NCBI GenBank assembly: GCA_001179505.1
Contig: CDMY01000759.1
Span: 1-64,000, forward strand
Origin: Vitrella brassicaformis CCMP3155
Taxonomy: Eukaryota; Protista; Chromerida
Direction: 5' to 3'
DNA: 64,000 nt
Below, piece after piece: positions 33,209-46,863 of this stretch. The translations under genes were made by a program, and so were the position numbers. The notes beneath the pieces are model-generated. The model saw nothing but the letters and a program-made list of their open reading frames with translations. It made no database searches and was not told where the DNA came from. Numbering within the stretch: position 1 is the first letter of the stretch; every line of letters starts with the position of its first letter.

Positions 33209-36200
33209 ATGGCTTCACAAGCCTCTCCGTTTCCTCCAACTCGAGCGCTCCAGATATCGCCATCGCAGGTGCTGTTCGATGGCGTCAAAGTGGGCACGGC
33301 GTACGAAAAAGAGGTGCACTTGACGAATCTTCTTGCCACGACTGTCCAAGTGGTCAGCATACAGAATGCACGAAGGAGTATCTTCGTTTCTTATCACGTG
33401 TTGTTGGCTGTGTGTGTTCCTTCTTGGTTGTTTAGGAGGTCCGGCATCCCCATGGCGATCGCTACAGCGTATCCCCCCGCACTCTGTCACTCGAGGCGGG
33501 GCAAACAGCACCGATACGGATCAAGCTCAAACTCAGCAGGTGAGAGATACACTTCTCAACCCACTCATCCGATTCATCGTCTGCCTTGTGTGTCATGCAG
33601 GCCTCCCACGCGCGCCTCTCTCCCCTCCGCCCCGCCACCTGGCGCCCGTCCGGCATCGCGGTCGCCAGGCACACTGAGGGATGTGTTCACCATCAAGAGC
33701 GACTTCTTCGACCAGAAGTTCACTGTCGTCATCCAGCCATCAGGTTGGGCGTGGGCATGCGAATATACGCACCTGTGGTCGTGTCCTCACCTCTGTGTCT
33801 GAGTGTGTGTAGGTGACATGTACATGAGTGGCGGCGGTGCTGCAGCGATGCGCACACGAGGCGGCAATAGCAGGAGCCCGCCCGCGAGAAGCAAAACGGA
33901 TAGCCATGCAGGTGCGCAAAGCACGGATACTCTCTTTATGACACAAATTACCCTCCTTTATCTATGTGCAGACGTGCGTATCGGCCCTGCCGGCAGGCCT
34001 GGGGACGAGTCAGAGCTGCCTGCGTATGTGAGGGAACTTGTCGACACCTGGAAGGCGAGGTACGCAGTTTCAACATGCACAAACGTCCTAGTGTTGTGCG
34101 TTCAGTCTATGCATCCACGAGTGCAGGGTACGTGCGTTAGAGACCGAGGCGAGCATGTTGCGGGGGCAGCTGGAGCCGCTGGCCTCGCTGCAGCGGGCCC
34201 ACGATGACGCTAAGGGGCAGATCGTGGACCTCACGACTCACAATCTCGCACTACAGGGAAAGGTAACGTTACACACACATGGGCGTACGTGTGTATACTC
34301 ACCCTTGTGCGTGTGCAGTTGGACGAGCAGGCGCAGCGTGAGGCCTTCTGCAAGGAGGTGGAGCAGCGCTTGCAAGGGGAGGCCCCCGACTTCCACCAGC
34401 TGCTGCACGACACCATGGCCGACGAGCGGCAGCAGACGGAGCACAAGAGCCAGAAGGTCCTCCAGATACTCGCCGTCAAGGACGATCGCATCGCTGAGCT
34501 GCAGAAGCAGCTCGTCGACACACAGGTCGGTGGGTTGGTGCAGGTGTCAAGGGCAGCCATATGCCGATGATGTGTGTGTGTGTGTGTGTGTCAGGGCGGC
34601 CGCGAAGCTGCTGAGGGTCGCTTGCGCGAAGTGCATCAGAATCTAGAGTGAGCAGGCGGGGAGGGAACATTGTGCGTTTACCCATGTGTGTGTGTGATGC
34701 ATGTACACAGTGAGGTGGAGAAGAAGCAGGAGCGGCTCATGCAGGCGCTGCAGCAGTGCAGGAAACAGGTGAAGCTGAAGACACACTCACACGCATCCAC
34801 GATATGCTTCATTCATGCAGTTCATGCAAGAGGGGCAGCTGGAGGACGCGCGCAAACAAATCGACGAGTAGCCAGACACAACCCACACAAACACAAACAC
34901 AGACACAGCACCAATCCAATCTTCCAACAAATGTATCCAGGTTAGAGAGTGACAACAAGGCCCTGCGTGAGCGTCAGTCGCAGCTGGAGCGCGAGAGCCG
35001 CACCAAGGGTGACCAGGTCGCCCAGCTCAAGGGTGAGGTGGCCCGCCAGACAGAGCAGCTCGATGCCGCCGCGGCCCAGCTGGAGGAGTGGCAGCAGAAG
35101 CTCACCAAACACGCACAGGTATGTTAGACAAAAGGCGGAAGCTCAGCTCATGTGGTGGATGGATGGATGGATGGATGTACGTTTGTGTCTGCAGTCGCAC
35201 GCGTCTGATCGCGCCAAGTGGCAGGACAGAATCGCTGAGGCAGAGGGGGCGCTGGAGGTCCGTCGCTGCATGCAGCAGACTTGGCCTGTGTCTTCACGTC
35301 CTTGTGTGTGTGTCAGCACCACCGTGTGGAGAAGGTCCGTGCCGAGAAGCAACTGCAGCAGTTGAGGAGCAAAGTGGAGGTCGACAAGGCGCGCATCGCC
35401 ACACAAACAGAACCCACAGCCGAAGGTCCGCTATCAGAGACAAAGACACAGACAGAGGCACCCCCAGACCTCGCTGTGTGTTTTGTGTGTTGCATTGCAG
35501 AGGAGGAGGCCGATCGGCTTCGCGAGGAGATCTCGTCCCTCACACTCAAGCTGCAACACGCACACGCACAGATCGACCAGGTGAGGGCCCTGGACACCCG
35601 CGGACACCCACCGAGTGCACATCCTTCTCTTCTGTTCTTCCCCAATTCAGCACAAGCTGCGGGCTTCTCAAGTGGAGCAGCATGCCACTCTTGACGACTC
35701 CCTGCAGCACATCGATAGTGGAGCGTTGGGCGGGGAGGAGGGCGGCCAGCAGCAGCTCGTTGCTGCCCTCAACTCCCGCCTGCAGGCCGCCAAGGTCAGG
35801 TGGCCACATACACGCACACACGTACGTCCATTGCGTATGCGCGTTTGTCAGATGCGTGAGCAGCGCCTGTTGAAAGAGTTGAAGAAGGCCGAGGCCAGGG
35901 CGGAGAAAACTGAGGTAAGCACGCAGCCGTTTCTGTATGTCCTTTCTCCGATTCATTGGCTGTGTGTGCGTGTGTGGATGTGTGCAGCGTGAGCTTGGCA
36001 CCCAGGTAGCCCATCTTGAGGCGCAAGTCAAGGTATAATGTCACACATCCACCGTCTAATCCACCGACCCCCCACATTTGTTTGTCCCCCCATCAGGTCC
36101 CCGCCATGCGCTCGGAGGCCACACAGACAACAGACGAGGTCTGCATGCACACATGCCACCGTAGCTACGTAGGCCGCCTCTGCATGCCCTTGTGTCGATG

Positions 36201-39200
36201 TCCAGGCGTCGAGTTGGCACCCCTTTGAGGAGTTCCTAAGCACCCGTTCGAGTGAGTTCCAGGCCCTCACACACGACCTCCAGACACAAGTGGCCGCACT
36301 GCAACACGACAAAGCTGACCTGCAGGTATATATCCACAGCCAGATAGATGGTTGCCATTACTCTCTCTCTACCTCTGTGTGTGTTGTGTTCAGCGTGCGT
36401 TGGAGCGTGACGTGAGTGAGCGTGAGAGGCAAGTCAGCGACCTGCAGACCAAACTCACACTCAACACACAGACGGTATGCGCAGATGGGACACGCCTGTG
36501 GATGGCCATCCATAGGAGTGTATCCCATGCATGGATGTGAGCAGCTCGAGCACGAGGTGGACGACCATCGGTCCCGCTGCGAGGGGCTGAAGAACCAGCT
36601 GGCCATCCGCGAGGACGAGGCACGCCACATGGCCGTCGACAGGGACCGGCACATCGACGAACTCACCTCGCACATCAAGGACTTAGAGCGCACCATACAA
36701 GACAGAAACAGGTGGGTGACGACTGATGGATGGTGCAGATAGGGAGGAGGGTGGACCAAGGAATGTGTGTATGTGCGGGGGTTGGCTTTAGGTCGATATT
36801 GTCATTGGAGAAGCAGAAGATAGCTCAGGAGAGCAAGACCAAGGAGCGCCACCTTCAGCTCTGCCAGGCCGTCCAGTCACTCGACACCATACAGAAGAGC
36901 ATACGGCAACAGCAGCAGCAGGATGGCGGCCAACAGAGCGGCGACGCCCCCGCCCCAGCAGCCCCCGCCCCTCCCTCGCCCGTGCTGGACGTGCCGTCAG
37001 ACATCAGCAGGCTCATCGACAACATGCAAGACGACAACACAGTACAGGTAAGACCCACACAGCCACACACAGAGACCCCTCCCAACTCATGTGTATTTCC
37101 CATCGCTCATTCCTTTCTCTATGGTGCAGCCTCTCCCCCTCTCACAGCCCCCCGATTCGTCCGGTGCCCACACGGACCTCCACGATCGTCTGTGCTCCCT
37201 GTCGGCGCAGCTGCTGACGCATATTCACGAGCAGGCAGTGATGGAGCGGCGTCTGGAGATGTGTCAGTGCGACCTCAGCTGGCAGCTGGCCAAGGAGAGG
37301 GAGGGGCAGGAGAGGACCGCACGGATGGACGAGAGACTTCGGGCGGGGGAGCGGACGGAGAGGTGGCTGAGGTCGCAGCTGGCGTCCACTGAGAAGGAGA
37401 ACGCCGCGTTGCGCGAGTGAGTGAGATGGACACGTATGGGTTGGTGTTTGGGTTGGGTGAGATGGTGGGGCACATGTGCACGAGTTGTGGCTGTGCGTGT
37501 TCAGGGAGGTGCAGATGGGTCGTCGTCGGCTGGCTGATGCGCAGAGGACAGAGGAGCGGCTCACACACGAGAACACCACACTCAACAAACAAATAGAAGT
37601 CAGCACCACACCAATCGGACACACACCTGTCTGCCCATCGGTCACGCGATTGCGCACGATCCCTGCTCGCCTGCCCTGTCTGGATGCAGGCCTGGAAGTC
37701 GGACCTCGATTCTCTGCACAGCACGCACCTGCAGTCCCTCCAGGAGGAGCGCGCCAGCCACCAGTCCATCCTCTCAGCCCTGCACAACCCACCGCCCTCT
37801 CTCCTACCGTCCCCACACACAGCACTCGTCCCCCTCACAGAGGAGCTGGTCTCCATCAGCAAGCAGCTCGATGCCGGTCAGCTGCAGCAGGGCATTGTGG
37901 ATCGGTGGGGCGAGTTGCTGGTGGAGTGCGGCCGGCGTCTGGCCGAGTGCGAGAAGCGGGGGGTGGTCAAACATGTGGTGGCACATCTCTATGAGGAGGA
38001 GCTCCGGGTCGCCAGGGAGAGGGAGGCGGAGGCCATACGCGCGCAGACGCTCCTCAAACAGCAGAACCAACAACTCGAGTAGGTCACAACAAACGAGGAA
38101 CTGGCGAAACAGATCACTGTCCCTCGTGTCTATCAGGCATCGGTTGACGGTGGAGTCGCCCATCCAGTCGTCTTTCCTGACCCGTCGGTGCGACATGGGC
38201 GAGCGGCGCATCGCCGACCTGGAAAAGGACCTCCTCACCGCCAACCGCAAGCTCACCGAGGCCACGTTCGAGGCACAGTGCCTGGGCATGGAGAACGACA
38301 CGCTGCGCGGGGAGGTAGAGGGGCTTAAACACCAGCTGACCAGAGCCGAACTCGACAAGAAAGAAACTGAGGTAAGAAGGAAACCCCGCGGGATGCCTGG
38401 TGGTTGTGCCTTTGACTTGGGTGTGGTTGTTCAGATGACGGCGCGTGGTGTGGCGGAGGAGTCGGTGAGGGCGCAGCACGACGAGTGGCGTAAGGAGGTC
38501 ATCGCCACGGCCGTGTCGACACTGCTGTCCAGGACAGAGGCACTGCTGCCCGCAGAGGCCGCCGATCTGCTCAGACAAAGCGAGGAGGGGCGCATCACTG
38601 CAGAGCTGGCACTTAAGGTACACACGCACATACCTGAGAGCCTGCCGACGCACGTGTGTTGATCGATGCATTCATCCATCAGGAGTTGACGGAGCGCAAC
38701 AGCCTCCTGTCGGCCCATCTCGACGCCAAGACCTACCAGATCGCCACACTGCAAGCCGCCACCCCAGCCACACACCCCCAACAACCACACCCCCTCCCTA
38801 CTCGGCCGTCCCATTCGCTGCGTCGTCTGTCGGTCCCCGCACTCCCCTCCCCACACACAGAGACGGAGGGAGGGGACTCGACCGCTCGATCGTGTCCCGT
38901 GACGCCACCCAAGAGCGGCGGTGGTGTGTTGGAGAGGCGGGCGGAGGCGGGGATGGAGGCTGGTGTGTTGAAGGGCCGGGTGTGGGAGGTGGAGTTGATG
39001 AACGAGAAGCTGCGGGGAATGCTGGCTGAGAGGGACATGCAGCTGGAGAGAGAGAAGGCCAAGACTGACGTCATGGGGTCAGTCAACGATTGCAACGGCA
39101 CACGCGCGTCTTTATCTGTCTGTGTGCAGCAATGAGCTGCGGATTTACCGCGACAAGGCCGAGAGAGCCGCCCAGGCCCAGACAGAGCTAGAGCGGACCA

Positions 39201-42200
39201 AGCAACAGCTCACCGAGACTCAACAATGGTCAGCCACACACCCAGGAGCGCTCTCACACACGCAGTATGTCTTCTCAGGACTGAGCGGACGTGTCAGTTG
39301 CACCAGGAGGAGCTGCAGTCCCTCCGCGCCGCCCACTCGCTCCGCATTCAGCAGCTCACCACACAGCAGGAGGCCGACCGCACCCAACACCACACACTCG
39401 CACGGCAGTCGGTGGCCGACCAGATCGCCCAGCTGCAGGCCACCATCGCCGAACGGGACAGTGCTCTCAAGAGCTCTCAGACGATGATCGACCGTCAGCA
39501 GAGGGCTCTGGTGGCGTGCCGGTCGTTTCTCGGCCAGAGAGGAGGCGGGCAGGAAGACGGCAGCACCAGCACCAGCCCTCTGCTGTTCGACGCTCTGATG
39601 GAGTCCATCCAGCGGCTGGCCATGGTGGAGATGGGCAGCACTGTCGTGACAGCGGTCAGCCACACCTCTCACTCGAGCACACCCATAGCCACGCCCCTCA
39701 CGTCACAAGCGGAGGATGACGACACAGCCAAGGCCGCTCCCAGGTTGCAGAGGAAGGGGCGAAGCGCATCCGTCACAGGGGGCAGGAGGGCGCGCACGCC
39801 GATGGCCCGGAGCAGGTCGACGACGGTCGTCGGTCAGGGGGAGAGGAGGCGTCTGGAGGAGATGGAGGGCGCTCTGCAGGGGCAGAGGCAGCTGATCCTT
39901 CACTTGCTTGGGCGAGGCCTGCGAGAGGGCGGCCGGGAGGTGACGATGGACATGCTGTTCGCGGCAATGGAGGGCATTGCGAGCGCCCTTGGCCGGCTGG
40001 AGACCCAGCTGCTGCAGCACCAAGTGGACACCCTGGTCACCAGCACCACTACCGCCGCCGCTGCAGTCCATCCACCCACCACCCTGTTGCAGCATGCCCT
40101 CGCCCTCACGCGGACCATTCAGATGGAGATCGAGCACCACCGTCAGACCCTCAAGAGCCATCCCATCCCTCCCCCTCCCCCGCCCCCACCCGCTCCGCAA
40201 GAGAGGCCCCTCATGGTGATGCGAGGCACATCGCCAATCAGGCGGACCTCTTCACAGCCGGTGGGTGTGTTGGATGACGGCAGCAGGGGGGTGCTGGCCA
40301 GACGGCGAGTGGAGGGGAGGGACGAGCCTGACCTGATGAGGAGAGAGGTACGCAGACACCTGCAAAGGGGAGAGAGTGGTAGCGGAACATGTGTGTGGTT
40401 TATGTCTTGTGTGTATGCAGGACCACGAGGCGCTGCTTGCGAGTCACCGTGAGGCGTGGCAGTCCCGGGAGAGGGAGCTGATGGCTCGGCTGCGGGAGCT
40501 ACTTGACACACAGAAACAGCTGCACGGAAGCTTCAAGGCCACCAAACAACAACTGGAAGAGGTATACACCCGCAATGCCCCACGGACCCACACACTCCTG
40601 CGCACATTTCCTGTCTGTCAACTCGACTTGTCCACCAGACGACGGCTGCTCTGCATGGGTCGAAGCGGCGCGAGTCGACCCTCGAGCAGGCCCTGCAGCA
40701 CTCAGTCCAGCAGCCCATCCAGGCACCATCACCGGCACTCCCACCACCCGCCAGCCCCACCAATCTCGCCACATCGTTCACACAGACGCCGCACCCGCCT
40801 GTGTCGCTATCCCGGGCAACACAGACCCATGCGGCTCCTCCCCCTGCACTGCTTGTCGACAGGAGTGTGGCTACTGTGCCACTACCTGTGGCTGCTGCGG
40901 ACCGCACTGTGATGACAGATGCGCCAAGCCCCCCGCCAATGCTCATCGAGAGAGCTGTGTCAACTGGCCGGCCCCCAGAGGCCATCTCGAGCCACGCCCA
41001 GACCGACCAGCCATCGCCAGCTTCAGCACGGCCGACAGATGTGTCGGAGGTGGCCCTGCAGACACAGCCATCTACTCAAGACGCATCGGTCAGCACCAGC
41101 GCCCTCCCAAGCCGGCCACCCCACCAGCCGCAGACAACACAGACGGACGCCCTCCCCTCCCCTGCGCCCCCTCCCCCCATCCGAGCACCATTGCCGTCGC
41201 CCGCATGCCCCCCGCCGTCAGACCGGCCAACGCGGTCACTGTCGCCCCACACACGAGGTGCCCCTCCCTCTTCGTCTCGCCAATACGACAGCAACAAAAC
41301 AACAGCAAGAGACGGCGAAGAGGTGCGCGAGCGCAGCCCCGGTCGCGAGAGAGAAGTAGTGAGAGAGGGGGGCGATGGTATGGAGGCACTGGAGGCGTCT
41401 TTGCGAGCTGAGCAGCAGAAGGCGGGTCGGCTGCAGGCCGAGGTGTTGCTGCTGCAGAGGCTGGTGGCTTCCACGGCCACCAGTGCTCGCGAGAAAGGCC
41501 TGGTGCAGAGGACACTGGCTGGCAGGGAGGGGGACGCCTCGGCCAGAGAAGAGGTCAGACACGCAACAAGGCAGCGTGTGTGCTCCCTGTGATCGATCAT
41601 GGGTGCCCTGTCCGCTTTGCGTGTTGTCAGATTTGCGCCCTTCAACGAGCTTTGGCAGCGATGGGCCAGCCTAGGAGCGATGTGTCCACCGACGCTGTGC
41701 AGCACCGGCAGCTCATTCACCTGCAGGTACATGGATACAAACCCAGCACCACCTGGCTGGCCCTTGTGTGATCGTGTCCCCTTCTGTCTGGCATGAATGC
41801 AGAATGAGAATGCCCACCTACTGGCCCGTGTGGATGCACTGCAGCGGTCCCTTCGCCATCTCACCAACCAGAACCAGCGGCTCACACAGCACTTCCGCAG
41901 ACGACACTCGCCCCCGCCACCCCTCCAGCGCGCACCGGCCGCAAACCGACCAAAGCAGCAGCAGAAGCAAACCAAGGCTGTCGCACCCAAGAAGCGACCT
42001 CAGTCGGCTCAGCGGGACAAACCCGCCAGCCATGCAGCCAGGAGGAATCGGTCGGCCTCGGCCGAGCCGCCCTCTTCGCCCGCTGCTGCTGCTGCTGCGA
42101 TGCCTCTCCCACCTGCCCAGGCAGCACCTCGGCAGGACCCCCAGCAGTCGATTGAGCTGGCGCATGCCGTGCATGAGGTGGTGCATTTGCGTCGTGAACT

Positions 42201-43832
42201 GGGGATGGCTCTGCACAGGGAGCGGGTGCTCGGGCAGCAGCTGGACGTGTGGCGACAACGCATGGAGGACTTGATGACGCGACCACCTCCACCGCCCCCA
42301 CCCACGACAGCGGCTCCTCCCGCCCTCCCGGCCGTCAGAAAGGTGTCGGATTGGTGCCAGACGGACAGCTGGGCGGAGAACGATACCCAAGAGAGGCTGG
42401 CTGGCCACAGGAAAGAGATCAAGAGGCTGAGGGGTGAGGTCGACACGTGGAAGTCGCGGGCAGACGCGGCCAAGCAGAAGAGCGCGTCAGATGACGGCGA
42501 GATCGCTGCATTGCGTCAGAAGGTCATGGAGCTCCAGGATCAGCTCAGGAGTGCCCGGTTCGACATCCAACGCAAGCGGCAGATGATCGACGGACTCAAG
42601 GAGAAGCTCGCCGCCATCCAGGCAGCCCCTCCCTCACCCCCACAGCAGCAGCAGCCGAGAGCGAGGCCGGCGAGGCGGTCGCCCAAGGGGGGAGATCACT
42701 TCGATGACGAACTGGACGGGCTGGTGGACCGTGAGCAGGAGGACATGGAGGGACTGTTCGGCGGCAGTGAGCGCAACAAGCTGGTGCGGGCACACAGGGA
42801 GCTGCAGAGGCGGGATAGCATGCTCGAGGCCGTCAAGGGGGAGCGCGACACACTGATGAAGGAGCTGGAAACGGCGACACACAAAGGTAGGTACATACGC
42901 GATACATGCCATCCATGTCTGTCTGTCTGTCTGTCGTCATTCTTGCTTGCCCTTGTGTGTGTATGTGGTGCGTGTGATCAGTTCGCGAGCTCGACGAGAA
43001 GCTCCGTGCGGTCCGTGGTGAGGTGGGCAGGAAGGATGGCTACCTGGCAGACGTCAAGAGGAAGGCGGGGCAGCTGGAGGCCGAGGTCTGCACCCGTCAG
43101 GAGGAGATACAGCGGCTGAGGGACAAGCTGCAAAGGTGCAAACACGAACTCGATCGCCGGTGAGCAGCCTAGCCGCACACAAGCGATGATTCCAAATCCG
43201 CCCTTTCATCTTTCGTCTCGCGTCTGTTGATCAGGGAATCGCAGGTTGAAGCTCTTCAAGCCAAGCTCGACTCGCTGTCCCGCTCTCCTTCCCAGCCCGC
43301 AGGCTTCGCGCGTCGCAAGAAGGCCCCCTCACCCCCATCGGCCGCCAAGGACGCGCCAAAGCCGAACAAACACAGCTACCACCGGCGGAGGGCCCACTCC
43401 CGCCCACGCGTGTCAGGTGTCCAGAGCGACATCGAACCCGACGATCCCCCGGCAGCCCCCGCCCCTGCCCCACCCCTCTCTGCCCGTGAGGCCGGTGCAG
43501 CCTCATCCTCATCGACCGAGCCACACTTCGACTATCGTCGCTGCCTGCGTGAGATCGTCACTCGGTTGTCAGAGGACAGAGGGCGCGATGCGGCGTCGGG
43601 GGACGGCGGGGGGGCCATCGTGGCGCGGAGGGGGGAGCATGACGAGAGTGTGGCGGAGTCTCTGCGGATACTGAGGTTGGCACCTCACGAGTTGGATGAA
43701 TTTCTGGATGGTGGAGGGGAGTGGGAGGATGGGGGACGTCGCAGACCCCCGTGTGTAGAGCTGGAGGCCCTTATGGATGGTGGAGAGGTGGCGCCTGTTG
43801 TGCAGCTCATCACTGGGTTGGCCAACAACTGA
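33209..43832 (+). CDS. CNTLN: Centlein-like centrosomal coiled-coil protein with an N-terminal Ig-like (ASH/PapD-type) domain
   Basis: RLQGEAPDFHQLLHDTMADERQQTEHKSQKVLQILAVKDDRIAEL matches the recalled centlein N-terminal block, and ESLRILRLAPHELDEFL matches the recalled C-terminal block. Long heptad regions lie between them. The N-terminus LQISPSQVLFDGVKVGTAYEKEVHLTN...FTIKSDFFDQKFTV is ASH-like. Confidence 0.7.
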
Positions 43833-44187
43833 ATGAGGGGGATGGGTGGGGAGTGGGGACATTTGTCCAGTCAGTTTGTGTGCATATCGATGGTTGAACC
43901 GTGTACATGAGAGACGCTGGCTGGTCGGTACGGTCAATGCCCGTCGGTGCATATTACTTGCTGCGGAGTTTGATGTAAGTGTGTCTGTCTCCTCCGATGT
44001 AATATGATCCATCCCTCTTGTGTCGCTGTCTGTACGCACATTCACTCATGTCACCGTTCGCATCGGCTCGTCATTCAATCGTCACGTACGATGCAACGAG
44101 CGGTCCATGCAGCTAGGTTGGGTCCGCATAACTCAGACATGTCTGCACCATTGCATTCACCACCCCCTGGCGGCCCGTTGCTCCTCG

Positions 44188-46462
44188 TCATAGAGCTGCG
44201 CCACTCTCCCGCTGGGCAGCCCGGATGGGAAATTGCGGGGGCAGATAGTCGATATTCGGGAGCCCCAGTGACTCACCCGGCAGTCGGTCTTCCAGCGCCT
44301 CGAGATGCATCGGCTCGAACACCTGACGGCCGCCACACACCATCACGTAGCCGACGTCATCCCACTTGAACGGCGCCGAATTCGGCGGGCCCGCTACGCG
44401 CTGCTCCTCGTCCGCTATCGCCTGCACCACTAGATCCTTCACGCTCAGCTTCCGCCCTTCCACTCGCCCCATCACCAAGCACTTGAGCGACGACGCGGCA
44501 TCGCTCCGCAGTGCGTTGATGCCGCCGACCGCGAAGAGAGGGGCAGCTGCGCGGATGAATCGGCCGATGCCAGCATTGACACGCCGGCCCAGCTGTGTCT
44601 GGTCCTCGATGGCGTCCTTGGAAATGGGGGCAAGGAAGGCGGCAATGCGTTGGGCGAAGGGCTGCATGTCCTCGTTGGCCGCGATCAGCGTCTCTGCCAG
44701 CTGCTCCATAGCGTCGAGCGCCCCGTTGATGGCCGCCTCAGCGTGGCCCCACAGGTCCGCCAGATGCTCACGGTGTGCGTCACGGCACAGCCGGTCACGG
44801 GCTGCCGTATGTATATACGGACGAGCCCTGATCCGATAGGATGCACCGAGCGTCAGCATCTCGCGAATGAGCCGTGAAGCCTCAGCCTCGTCTCGCAGAG
44901 ACCCTGAGCTGTTGGCAAATTTGCCCAGGGGGGTAAGTGCATGGTTGTAGCCGAATGATGCATCAGGTGTATTGATGAATGCCATGGTGGCAGCCCGGTT
45001 CTTTCGACACAGCCACCGGAAGGCCGCGAGGGACTCATGTTGAGGGGCCGCGTGGACGAGAGATGGAAAGGCAGTGGGCGGCAGTGGGTGGGGCTTGTCG
45101 AAGAGCATATCGCAGAAGGCCTCATCCACACTCCCGCGTGGCGACCAGGAGCTCTTGATAGCGGCCACTCGAGTGTCGTCCGTCACCAGTGTCGGGCTGA
45201 GCTTCACCAGCTTGAGGAAGATGGGCGCGCAGGAGCGGTTCCTCAGCAGGCAATCGAGTGCGTAAGGCCAGCGGCGGCCTGGGCCTGCCTTGAGGACACG
45301 CAGGTCTGCGTTGTGCTTGATGGCCATATCCACCAGCGCCTCGTTGACCCGTGCCACAGCAAGGGGTAGCACAGCGTTGACGTCGGCGCCGCCCTCGAGC
45401 ATCGCGCTCACCACCGCCACACCCACGGCCTCGTCCGGCCAGAAGACACCCAGGATAGCTTCCGGATCCCACGATGTCTTGTCAATGGCTGGGGTGTCGA
45501 GGGCCAGCTCGATGAGGAGGTGTTGCTGCATCCCCGAATCGCCGTCTTGACGACGATAGACGCGCACCGTGACGGACGGGTCAGCTCCCTCGGCAATGAG
45601 CTGCTGGGCTCGGGTGGGGGTCATGGTGCGGTTGATGATGCCTTCCGCCAGCTGGTAAGTCTTCACATTGGCACCCGGAGGTAGCAGGACGTCGTAGTAG
45701 CGCTTGCGCTCCGCCCGCAAGGTTCTCTCGATGGGGATGTACATGGGCGGCGGATTGCTGCGCTGTCGAGAGGCGGAGCTGTGGCTGCCGCCCTCCCCTT
45801 GTGCAGCACTGCTGCCATCCGCCGCCCACGGCCACATCACTCCCCCTGTCCGCCCAGCCGTGTTGGCCGTGTTGGCGTGGTGCATGTGATACTGCTGCAG
45901 TGGCGGTGGCGGCTGGTTCACATGTGCTGGGGCTGGTGCGGGGCGGTGTGGCGACGACAGCACTAAGGGCGGGCTGGCCGATGCACTGCCAAACCGCATG
46001 GCAGCAGGGTGAGGGAGTGCAATGAGGTGGGGCGGGGCAGCGGGCGGAGATGGCCGGGGGGCAAACAAAGACGGGTGGGGGGGTAAGATGGGAGGGGGCT
46101 GTGGGTAGAAGTGGCTGGGTGTGTTGGGCGTCAGGTAGTTGTGTGCCGGGCCGGGCGTCGCGGCACTCACCTGAGGCACAGGCCGACACGGATAGACGCA
46201 GTGAGCGCAGTCAGTGGACAGACAGATCGGTGGCTCATGTGTTTGTGTACAGACAGACGTCCTCGCTCACTTACAGGCAGGTTGACGACGCGAGAAGTCG
46301 TCGAGGGGCCGCCAGCAGCGGGTGCAGACACGGCTGCACTGCCGACAGGCGCCTGTGCATAACATTAAGGGAGAGACCATCTGGGCTGGTACATGTACCT
46401 GCCTGTGTCGGTGGCTGCTTGTGTACTGTAAGTACCTGCTGTTGGTTGTCCTGATGTGTCAT
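44188..46462 (-). CDS. Ankyrin-repeat-like hypothetical protein with a Pro-rich N-terminus
   Basis: Two short 5' exons (MTHQDNQQQ|APVGS...VNLP) splice in frame to the 663-aa ORF. Ankyrin-like units QLIAEGADP, MLEGGADVNAVLPLAV...MAIKHNADL, LTPLG...MLTLGAS. Confidence 0.7.
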
Positions 46463-46863
46463 CTGCTGGAGTCGATCGCGCAAGGGCAGCACACAGCAAG
46501 GCAAGATGATGCATGCAGACAAGGGAGTGCTCATGTTGCCCATCTTGTCTTGTGTCTGTCTGTCTGAGCCTTGCATGCGCACCTAAGCTACGTGAGGAGA
46601 TGATAGGAGGCTGTCAATGCGAGGCCAAGGAGACGAAGATCTCAATGGGCTGCAGGGAAAGAGAGAAAGGAAAGGCATGGGGAAGGGCATGGGGATGCGC
46701 ATCATCATCTTCATTACCTGATGAATTGTGCATTCTGCAGTCACTAGTCTGCTGCTGCCGTAACTCCCTCTCCGACGGGAGGAAGCTCTTCTGGTGACGC
46801 AACGTAATTGGTGATGCGAGCTCAAAGGAGAGGACGGGGGGGCGGGCGGGGGGGCGAGCTCGA

